This document shows positions 25,890 through 36,484 of a stretch of DNA of 64,000 bases, in pieces. A program made the position numbers and the translations under genes. Below the pieces are notes generated by a model that searched no databases, was not told where the DNA came from, and saw nothing but the letters and a program-made list of their open reading frames with translations. The stretch spans positions 11,160,001 to 11,224,000 of the forward strand of contig JANJGN010000034.1 in the NCBI GenBank assembly GCA_026770705.1, written 5' to 3'. Position 1 is the stretch's first letter. Each line of letters begins with the position of its first letter. Source of the DNA: Isurus oxyrinchus. Its lineage: Eukaryota.

Positions 25890-26023
25890 AAAGCCAAAAC
25901 TGCGGCTGCAGGAAATCTGAAACAAAAACATAAATAGCTTGAAAAACCCAGCAGGTCTGACAGCATCTGCGGAAAGGGATACAGTTAACGTTTCGAGTCC
26001 GTATGACACTTCATCAGAACTGT
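25890..26023 (-). mobile_element. PLE terminal mini-element
   Basis: Reverse complement is the hammerhead followed by a tail homologous to the other PLE ends in the window. Confidence 0.8.
25981..26023 (-). ncRNA. Minimal type-I hammerhead ribozyme motif with canonical core
   Basis: Minus strand: ACAGUU-CUGAUGA-A-GUGUCauacgGACUC-GAAAC-GUU^AACUGU; 6-bp stem I, CUGANGA and GAAA core, palindromic ACGU stem III, NUH cleavage triplet. Confidence 0.78.
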
Positions 26024-26178
26024 TTACGATCCTCGTAGAGGCTCTGATTTTAAAAGTGCCTTCGTTCGATCTCGTGTGCATAATAGAAGTGACTTCTAGC
26101 AGTAACGGAATTTCTGGCCCCTCCGCGTCTCTAAATTTCCACAAATCCTGATTCTTCAAGTGGGGAACCTTGCTTAAT

Positions 26179-26318
26179 NNNNNNNNNNNNNNNNNNNNNN
26201 NNNNNNNNNNNNNNNNNNNNNNNNNNNNNNNNNNNNNNNNNNNNNNNNNNNNNNNNNNNNNNNNNNNNNNNNNNNNNNNNNNNNNNNNNNNNNNNNNNNN
26301 NNNNNNNNNNNNNNNNNN
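26179..26318. other. Assembly gap (140 N)
   Basis: Run of N. Confidence 0.99.
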
Positions 26319-27684
26319 TTGACACAGCAGCAACTGTTCTTGGCCTTTCTCCCCAGATCTCTTCAGCCGATGTCCGAGAAGTCTGTTCAACAGGATCAGT
26401 TGACCCTCTTTTGTGTGAAAACGTGCATTGAATTTAATTCTGTCCTGGCCATCTCCATGACAACCAAATCTCATGAGTCTGTCTCTGGGCAGATCTCATT
26501 CGTCACATGGGCTTGTCTCTGGGTAGATTTAGTATTAGGTCACATTGGCTTGTCTCCAGGCAAACTTCATTTCTCGTCACCGAACTACCCCATTTCACCT
26601 TGAATTCAAAGAGGCTATTTCACACATAACTGCTTTTTAAACTCCAGCGTTCCAGTGTTCACATTCGTGTATGAGATGTGGCATTGCTGGTCCTTGAGAA
26701 GGTTATGCTGAGTTGCTGTCTAGAATCACTAAATTTCCGCAATGTTGTTCAGAAGAAAGATCCAGCTGTTTGATCCAGCCTCAGTGAAAAAACAGCCACA
26801 TAGTTCCTAGTCAGGATAGTGTTATGATGTGGCAGATAACATGTGTCAGGCAGATCAAATCCACGAGGGAAATTTGATCACGCTATCACAGCGGTTTTGC
26901 GGTTTGTATTTATTTCGAGGTGCATGCCATGAATTCAGAAGGAATAATCCACCAAGATTTCAGAGATTTTTTTTAAAAAACTAAATTAAACACTTATTAA
27001 TAAAAAAAGATTTCAAGCACATACATAGATCTACAAACTACTGCTATCATAATTCCTAAAACTCCAAATTAATCTGACTTCCCATTACACCCCCATTAAG
27101 GCAACAGTAAAACAACATAAACTTGAAACAGCTGCAGAAAGCTAAACATAATACCCTGGGCACTGAAATTTAAAGTGTTTTTTCCCTCAGCTTCGGTTTC
27201 TGTAGACAGCAGGCTTAATGAACAAATACTGGAGGCTTCTCACACTTTTGTTAACTCTTACAATGTCTTCCTCCTTAATAAACGTTTCGCCCATTTTAAC
27301 GTGAATTCCATTGTTTGCACATGCCTTTGCAACTTTACCTTTCACATAATATAAATATTTCATGTTCTTATTGTAAAGTGTCAATAACCCTTGAGAAAAA
27401 TACACATGCTGCATCTTCCTTTTCTAGCGATTTGTAAATAGGCTGAGTTCCCTTTAAAAACCAAATCCCCCATTTTATCTAAAAATGCAAATTCCCTTCA
27501 CTCCTTACATCCTAAGACCCCAACCATGCTTACTCATTAACAGACTGACGACATTTCTACAGCTTACCTCTTTTGATAACTTCAAAACTGCAGTTTGCTT
27601 GGCTACAAGACAGTCAAATCACACACACAGCAACTACCCAAACCCCGCTATTAAACTGCTTTTGCAATAAACCACAGTAATGTT

Positions 27685-27895
27685 ATGAGAATACTTTCGT
27701 GACAATAGTGTGTGGTTTGGAGGTGAACTTGCAAGCTGTGTTGATCCCATACGTTTGCTGTTCTTGTCCTTCCAGGTGGTAGACATCGCAAGTTTGGGAG
27801 GCGCTGTTGAAGGAGGCTTTTTGTCTTATCCCGTGAATCTTGAACATGGTATATATTGCTGCCTTTGCAAGCCGGTGGTGGTGGTCCTTCCTCTC
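27685..27895 (-). mobile_element. CR1/L2-clade LINE fragment, same family as 59050-60185
   Basis: Reverse complement aligns with ~59800-59985. Confidence 0.6.
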
Positions 27896-28659
27896 CACTC
27901 GAGACGCATCATAATTTTATAATCTCAATTACATCTTCCTTCAGCCTCCAAATAATACATGCATAGTGCGTATATAACCTCAGCACAGCTTTACAGCCAA
28001 TGAATTATTTTTGAATTGCTGTACTGTAGGAATTGGAGCACATACTGGTCGTGGAAGCAGACATGTGACATTGATCAGATCATCAGGTTTTGGGAATGCT
28101 GTTTGACTGATGAGCATTGGCTTAGGACATTGGCAGAACACACCGGCTTTTCTTCAATCACTTAAATCACCCGAGAGGACATGCCTGATCCCAGTTCAAC
28201 CTCTCATCCACATGATGACATGCTGACATTCCAGCAGTCCCACAGGAGTGCTCTGTGTGTCTGAGCCTGGATTTATACATTCACGGATTTGGCATGGTAT
28301 GTCAAAGTTGCTGCAATGCAGACTCAGAGACCATTCTGCTACCAATTGTGTCACGGATGTGTCCTTAACAGTAAGACACGTATTGGCTGGGTATCATAAT
28401 TCCGCAGTTATTTGGTAGTATACATGATATGTGCTCTCGTTCTGCTTTACAGTTTTAACATTGATCTTCAAAACAACATGCACTATGGGTAGATGTTGCC
28501 TCACCACAGATCAGCTCAGTTTGGTTCAGTTGTCAGAGTGATTCACAGCAAAGAGCGTCCCATACAGCAGGGCCCTTTGGGGTGCAATAACAACACCATG
28601 TGAACTCTCAATGTAACCCAGAGATTAAAAACGCTGCCCCGTAATGCTAAATTGGAACT

Positions 28660-28984
28660 TTTTTTTTACTTGTTCATAGGCCAGCATTTACTCCCAGCTT
28701 TAATTGCCCTTCTTTAGAGGGCATTTTTTAAAGTCAAAAGCATTGTCTGTCTGGAGCCACATGTAGGCCAGACCAGGTAAGGACGGCAGATTTCCTTCCC
28801 TAAAGGACTTTAGTGAACCACATGGGTTTTAATAACAATCTGCAATAGTTGCATGGTCATCACCAGACTTTTACTGAATTCACATCTCATCATCTGCCCT
28901 AGTAGGATTCGAACCAGGAGCCCCAGAGTATTGCCCTGAGCCCCTGGATTACCAGGCCAATGGTAATACCACCATGCGACCACC
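28660..28984 (-). mobile_element. tRNA-derived SINE
   Basis: Reverse complement of head, core (cacatgtaggccagaccaggtaaggacggcagatttccttccc) and tail. Confidence 0.85.
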
Positions 28985-29149
28985 TCCCTGCGTAACATCG
29001 TGCAAATAATCTCCTCTTGGTGCAGCCACACCGAATGAGACACTGAATATTTATTTTAAACAATGTTTAAAACCGACCTGAGACTGGACACTGACTCCAC
29101 TTAACTTCACCTGTCAGTCTTAGCGAAAAGTGGAACTTGTCTGGGTCAT

Positions 29150-30180
29150 TTTTGAACACAATGTTTTGCATCAACCTCCACATTGGGATTGAACACGTGC
29201 AATGCCAACAGCTATTGTTAAAACAGTCTTGGCCCCGGATCTGAACACATGTCCCCAGGTGAGTCCGGAAGGTCAAAATGGGGGCTGAATCTGAACATAT
29301 TTCCATGAACTGGAAGGCAGATGAACCTAGAGCCTGGGCCTGAACAGGTACCCCTAAGTGAATCAATAAAATCAAGCTGGAAAATAGTTTGAACACAGGC
29401 CCATACGCTAGGCAGTCAAAACAAAGTTCTGCACTGGGTTGGAACTTGCGTCATCAATGAACACAGACTGAACCTTAGATGAAAGCATATATTCTTAAAC
29501 TTGTTAGTCAAAATAAACTGAGGCTGACATCTGAACACATATTTCTGAACCAGTCATTGAAAGGGAGCTGGGTCTTGTACCAGAACACATGCCCAGGAGT
29601 ATTTAGTAACACCAAATTGGTCCGTCATTCTGAACACACATCAATCATATAAGCATGAAAATGAATGTGAAGTCGGGATCAAAATGAAAATAGGTAAGCT
29701 ATATGGATCCTGGGACTGAAAACGGACCCATAAGCTGACTGATAAAACAAAATTATTTTTAAAATGGTCACCATTCTGGAAATCACATCTCCAAGTTAGT
29801 CAGGAAATTCCAAAAAAAAGGCCCTCAGATTGAACACATGACCCTAAACTAATCAATAAATACAATGTTGTCCTCGAGATGCATGAGGGGAACAGAAAAT
29901 GACAAAAGTCAAGGAGACACGAAGGTAGACCTTATACCCGAACAGTAAAATATTAAAAATTAAATATTTGGACTCTGGAACATGGAATATCTCTGGAGAG
30001 TAAGCAGGGCCAATAACAGTGATCTCACTCTGACCGCTGAACACTATATTAGGACATTAAATCAAACTGGCAATTCAGACTGAACACATATCTGAAGTAA
30101 GTCAATGAAAACAGCCTGGGCCTTTGATCATAACGCATGCCTTAGCGAGACAATAAAACTAAGATGGATTGAAAATACAG
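29150..30180 (+). repeat. Highly degenerate ~50-bp tandem repeat with conserved (C)TGAACAC(A) core
   Basis: Core at ~29241, 29291, 29340, 29390, 29531, 29581, 29630, 29830 and 30080; weak shared second motif (a/gtcaat.aaa). Confidence 0.65.
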
Positions 30181-30534
30181 CCCTTACCCAGGCAATTAGG
30201 TCTAATCAGGCCCTCAATCTGATCAGCCATCACTGAACTATCAGTCACATCTAACTGTATGTTTTCCCCACATTGTAAGTTTATGCATTCAGGCCTCACA
30301 GAGGTAGCTGTATCTATGCGATGCTCCAGGATGGTGAGCTTTGGACAACTTATATCTTCCATTAACTGTTACGGCTTAAATTAAGACTGAAGTCGAGGAG
30401 CTAAAAGCAGCATTGGCTTCCAACACCACTCGATGTTCCAAACGAATGTATGGACTGATCTCATCTGAGCTGACACCCCTCCCCCGCTACCAGCCACACA
30501 CCACCACCCCCCACAAACACCCGCACCCCCCCTC

Positions 30535-30536
<2 letters not shown>

Positions 30537-30570
<34 letters not shown>
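30537..30570. repeat. (CA)n microsatellite
   Basis: Pure CA run. Confidence 0.95.
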
Positions 30571-30572
<2 letters not shown>

Positions 30573-31349
30573 ACCCCCCCACCCCCCAATTCAGGCGGGA
30601 TTCCTCATAGGTGCCAGGCCCCGAATCCTCCTTGGAGAGATAACCTCACAGCTTAATCCCTCTCTGGGGAATCCGCTCTGCATCAATGACCCCTGCTCTC
30701 CGTCTGCACACCCCCGGCAAAATCACTCAAGATAGCTAAATTAAGCTTAGGACCTGAACACAGATCACTGAGCTGAGCAGTAAAACACAACGGAGGCATT
30801 TGTTTGGTTTGATTGAGGTGTTTAGGATTTTGAAGGAAATTCATTGGGAAGATAATGATCCATGTATATTTCCGCTAGTGAGGGGGAGTCAAGGACATGG
30901 ATACATGTTTAATGTGCGAGCCAAGTAATTCACGGAATAACATAATCTGAGGAGTCAATTCTTCACACTGATGGCGATAGAAGTGAGCAGCTCTCTCCCA
31001 CTAAAACAGCAGGCGTTATCTCAATTCATATTCTTAAAACTTAATCTTAAAATCTTAAAAGATTTTCTTTTGCTAATCTGAGATCTGCTGGGTGGAGTTA
31101 GGATAAATATTAAACATCATCTCCTGGAATGCTTTAAGGCTTCAAGGGCTAGTTTTTTGGCGAGTTTCGAAAGATGGTCATTCGATAATTTGAGCCTCTT
31201 TTCACATCAAGGCTTTTCTTCTCTCTCTCTCACCTGACCAAACAGTTTTGCTGACCTTTCCTTTTCACTTCTGATGGGGAAAAGTCACAGAATAAATTTA
31301 TTTTTCCGTGTTTATAATACCCCGAAAAATATGAAAATAAGCTATTTTA

Positions 31350-31703
31350 TCTTATTCTTTCATAGGGTGTGGACGGCGCTGACTAGGCCAACATTTATTG
31401 CCCATCCATAATTGCCCTTGTTCAGAGGGAATTTAAGTGACACCAGAATACTGTGAGTCTGGAGTTGCATGTAGGCCAGACCACGTAAGGGCGGCAGATT
31501 GCCTTCCCTAAAGGGCATTCGGGAAGCAATTGTTTTTTTTTGTCCCAATTATAACAATCGGCGATGGTTTCGCAAGTAACATCATCGGGCTTTTAACTAC
31601 ATGAATTTTATTGAATTCAAATGTCACCATTTCCCTCGGTGGTATTCGAACTCTGGGTCTCTGCAGTGCTAGCTGGGTGAGAACACGACGATGTCACCGC
31701 GTC
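31350..31703 (-). mobile_element. tRNA-derived SINE
   Basis: Reverse complement of tail (atttattgcccatcc...aattgcccttg), core and head. Confidence 0.8.
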
Positions 31704-33464
31704 CGCAAAATGGCACCCCGAGAGCGCGCTTAAAACTGAGCATTTTTCTCAGGAAATTGGCCGACTTTCAGGCTAAGAAGTGTGAATCAGAAAGCGGAAA
31801 GTTACATTTTACAAGCTACCAGGAGGCTCATCCGACCTATTATACTGTGACCTACAAGGTAAGGAATCGATTGTTCACTCACCCACAATCCATGGCAGCA
31901 GCGTTAGGGACTTGTCACTCTCTAGAACTGGTTTGAGACCATTCTGCTTCTTCAGCTAATCTTAAATTTGCCCAGTATGCAAGTGGACAGCTTTTAATTC
32001 AGATCTCCGTTTTAAACCAGGATTTGACACGAATCATTGCAAATGATTTTGCTGCTGTCGATAAAAGAGCAACGCAATACGTTATTTTTTCTCCCTGCAG
32101 TTTTCACGCTGGGATGCAAAAACACACGTCCGTGCCTACAGATCTAGCACTGAAATCACTGGGGGTTGACGGGGTGTTGAACTAAACGGCTTCTTGTAGC
32201 AGTTGGAATCTCATATCGCTAAAGCGTGACTGTAAACACAAAGAAAAAGCTGACTAGCGCTGCGGAATTGCTTGCTGATGAAAATGCTTACGTGCCACTG
32301 ACATTTAAACTGCACATTTCGGTCTGAACTACTGAAGGTGTCAAAGCCTCCTGTCTGCAGGCAGGAGTTACAGAAGTAACAACAACATCACATTCAGCAG
32401 CGCCCTGACAGGCAAATAGAGACAGATGTGTGAAACAGCAAGCTAAAGCTTGCGTGTCTGGCTATTTTTGCAATGCGGATCTAAAATGGTTGTTCCTGTC
32501 CTGCGTAGCTGAATACAGTGTGGAGGTAATTCTCTCTTCCAGAATCATTGGCATCGCTTTGCAATGAACATATTCAGGAACGGGGGGCTCACACGTTACG
32601 TCCAAGCTTCATGCCGGAATTGGTTGAGCGTGCTCGCTGTTAAAAATTGTGCTCTTCATGAAGAAATCGATGGACACATCTTGGGTCGAATCACGCGCAG
32701 GTCTCCATATCATGAAGGCAGATAAGTGTTACATTTATAGAGCGCCTTTCCCTACCCCGGGACGCCCCAGAACATTGCACTGCTATAGAACGGGCACTGC
32801 CGTAATATGAACATCGATACCTCAGGAGTTAGATTTGAACTCAAAATATTCTGTCCCACCGGGTTACAAGATTTATTATAAACAGCTATCGCTCAGAAGG
32901 TGCGTATGGATTGACACTGCTGGTAATTTAACCAGGTCACCTGACCTAACAAAATTCCTTACAGTGCGCACAGTTTTTCTAATCGGTTCTGACGGTTAAG
33001 TGCGACCTTCTGAATGGGGAATTATATAGGGTCGATAGCACACATAAAGGCCATTCGGCCTAAGTGTTATCCGTCGACCTGTTCGCTTCATCCGAACTTC
33101 CTCCTAACATTAATTTGGAGATTTCACTGCCGCAGCACCAGCATGATAATTATTTTGAAGACTAGATGAATCTTCAGGGAAAGCCAATGCTTTTCGGCTC
33201 CTCCTATAAGACTGTATCAGAATGCGCTTTCACTGCTGGGCCTCTCTTCAGCGTCTGTTCTTTTGCACCCAGCCATTCAGCAACCGAATCTACAAAGAAG
33301 AAACTTATTCTCTGATCATGGAATGGAAGTGGGGAATGACTGAATCAGAATCGACAGATAGAACTCGTGTGCATTGCGCGTTTGCCCAAGTTTTTGCTGT
33401 TCCTCCCGAGAGGCTGTGACACTCGCTGATTTATTCTTTCGCCGATTCAAGACACTTGAGTAAT

Positions 33465-33650
33465 ACAAATAGAAAATGCTGTAAAAAAAATCAGCAGGCC
33501 TAGTAACATCTGTAGAGAGAGAATCAGGGTTAATGTTTCGCGGCCATATTGCCCTTCTTGAGAGCTGTCGCTGCTAGATCTGCTGAGGTTTTCCAGCATT
33601 TTCGGTTCTTATTTCAGGTTAACAACATCCGCAGTATTTTGATTTCATTT
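33465..33650. mobile_element. Palindromic PLE-terminus element (degenerate)
   Basis: Minus-oriented tail plus hammerhead remnant, followed by a plus-oriented tail. Confidence 0.6.
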
Positions 33651-34689
33651 CACTGTTCAACAAACTTGAATCTGGGCAGACAAGAAAAGTGACCCAATGA
33701 TGTGTTTTATTCGGCAATTCATTGTTACTGATACCTAACCTGCTCATTGGGAGCAATGTAATGGTTGGGAGATTAATTATTCTTCGCTTAATAATGTGAA
33801 TAATTCCTTTGATAAAGAGGTTGAACGTTAACAGAACGTCCTCATAAATGCTCGGATTGATTGTCCAACACTGTGAAATTCAGCAGTCTTTCGCCCGAGC
33901 AGCCAAGAGGAGGAGAGTAAGAGAATTAGTTTGCTCTGGTAGCATTTTCTCGCAATCTGAGCTGTATTGTCCTGTTCACATCATCTACTTTGTGAATTGG
34001 AATTTACACAACACAATTTTATTCTCTCCTCTGGTTAACTCACGGATATGAATCCCTGGTGAATTCATTGCTGGAGAAGCAGCGCCTCTGACTGGCTTAG
34101 TCACCTACAGTTGCCCATTGACCAATGTTCAACTGATGCATATTCCCGAGAGAGAAAAAAAAATCTCTCCTTTTCTGCCGGTCAAACAAACTTCAGGCCC
34201 CAAAAATTAACAGTTTACATACTTCATGGACCTTCAGCAACCTTCACCTTCACCCCATCATTGGGTGGTCACTGGATAAGACTTAGAAAATGTTGGTGTG
34301 CCAACAACTGCAGAAAGACTCTTACACTGGACATTCTTTGTACCAGATGCGCTATGAGTTAGTCAATCAGCCTGCTCAGAAACATTTCAGCATGTGTCTT
34401 TATGCTCAGTGGAGGGATAGCTCGTTTGTAGAACTGAACATTTTAAAGCTGCTTGGGAGATTTTTTTTTAGCAAGTGTATTGAGTGCTGTGTTAAGTTCA
34501 TAGCAGATAGATGCAATTAAAGTGCAGATCAGTCGTATCCTATTTGAATGGTGGAACGATGTTCTCAGTGCTAAATGGCCCAATTTTCCATATTCTACCA
34601 AACACATGTTGAACTGATAAACATTCCTGAGAGAGAGTGAAATAATTTCTCCTTTCCTGACAGATTTTGAACTTTAGACCTAAATATTA

Positions 34690-35095
34690 GCAGTTAGCGC
34701 ACAATGAGGCACTCTAGCAATGACGCTAGATCGGGAGGACTGTTTTCCTTTGAGAAAAGAAGGCTGAGAGGTGGTCTGATAGAGGTATTAAAGATACTGA
34801 GGGGTATATACAGGGTACTCAAGAGAATATCAAGAACTAGAGGGCACAGAGTCAAAATAATTGGCACCAGGAGTAAGTGTGATGTGAGGCAATTTTTTTT
34901 ATTCACCCAGAGGGTAATTGGAGTCTGGAACAAAAGGGCAGTGGAAGCAGCTTCGATTGACGTATTCAAAGGGGAATTGGATAGTTACCTGAAAAGACAG
35001 AATGTGCATGGTTACGGGGATAAAGCAGAGCAATTGGATTAGGTGGAATGGTCTTTCAGAGAGCCAGTGCAGTCTCGATGGGCTTCCTCTGCACA
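34690..35095 (+). mobile_element. CR1-type LINE 3' fragment
   Basis: ORF 34704-35042: LFSFEKRRLRGGLIEVLKILRG...FTQRVIGVWN. Confidence 0.85.
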
Positions 35096-35699
35096 GTAAA
35101 AATACTGTAATAATGTGATAAATTATCAGTTGTCTCGGTGTGGCATGTCTCATATTGTCTGTGCACGTGTGTCTCTGTGTGTTGTGTCTCTCTAGTCTGT
35201 TCATTCAGAAATTAAGTTAGGAAATACTTTATACCTTCATACACACACAGTATGCAACCACATGCATACACATACACACAGAGACATACACACACTCTTT
35301 CCCTTTCCTTCCTCTTTTTCCTCCCCAAAATCTTGTGCAGACACGGTGCCAGGCGAGGAGGAAAACCTAGGTTGAAAGGCAACCCACTTACGATCTCCAC
35401 TTTTGTGTGAATTCTGGTGAAGCTAGCTCAAGAGTGTATGCGCCCCCAAAGATGAATGCACGTCTGTGGTAGTTCAACCCATCTCTTTAGCTAAGCCCAG
35501 GGAGCCTTCGCCATATCAGGTTTGATACTAATTTGGAACTCTCTTTATACTGTCAGTCATGTACAATGTCTAATTTCAAGCAAAACTCTGATGTGTACGA
35601 CAACTTTCAACATTGACTGCTTCGTTGTTTAAATACAATTTCCGGTTCATTATCTTTGAGATTTACCTAAACCTGTAAACCTGTTTCACAATTTGTGTA

Positions 35700-36280
35700 A
35701 TCGTGGTTGTTCACACTTGGTGATGGATCCATGGTGGCACCTTTCTCCATAAGCCCTCGCGGTTGGGAAACACCTCTATCAATGACAACGGTCGCACTGC
35801 ACTCTGGGGGAGTCTTACGCCCATGCGCAGCTTGGGCGCAGGCAACATCTTATTTCTTTTTTATTTAACTTCCGTCGATCAGATTTTCAGTTCCTTCTCG
35901 ATTTTGAAGAGTAATTTCTTCTTCCTATGAAGATTTTAAACGAAAAACGGAGGCGACAGCACACATCACGGCAAAATAGCGGCCTCCCTTTTCGGGAGGG
36001 GCGTGGCCGGCGTTTGTCATAGAGCAGCGGCCGTCCCCTGGGAAGACAGGAGGTGACCTACGGAGGGCCCGGGAGGCGGGTGGGGTTTAGAGGAGGGCAT
36101 GAGGAAGCTGAATGCGTCCTTTTGCGGAGTGGAGGGGAAACGGCAGCAGCCAGTCTCTTCCCAAAGGCCAATTCAGTGGCGAGAGGCACTGAGAGCCTCT
36201 TCAATATAAATTTATATTTCTAAATTCACTAACAACGAGAAACATTCGCTCGGCACAGCAGTTACTCGCGATCCTCAGTC
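35700..36280. promoter_or_regulatory. Candidate CpG-island-like promoter
   Basis: Locally GC/CpG-rich in an AT-rich background; GC-box-like GGGGCGTGGC near 35997. Confidence 0.4.
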
Positions 36281-36484
36281 TTTGGTCCACCATTTTAATA
36301 TCAACTATAGTGTGAAATAATTACATTTCTATATATTACAATATAATATTAAATAATATTACAGTAGTGAAATAACATTAGTTTTGGGGTCAGGCAGGAG
36401 TTAAATCATCAGGGTGGCAAATGTACTCGACTATTTAAATAAGGAGGGAGAAAAGAAAAGCAAAGCATTACAGACACGTTAGCC

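Noticed and set aside
25794-26474. 226-aa ORF
   Set aside because: Spans the N gap; no recognisable domain
29150-30180. Short repeated core with variable spacers, superficially CRISPR-like
   Set aside because: Vertebrate DNA, core only ~7-8 bp, spacers weakly homologous to each other, no cas genes
31816-31858. Exon-like segment YQEAHPTYYTVTYK|gtaagg and nearby CpG-richer 32100-32710 with faint GTPase-like words on the minus strand
   Set aside because: Frames interrupted by stops; similarity too weak to call without a search
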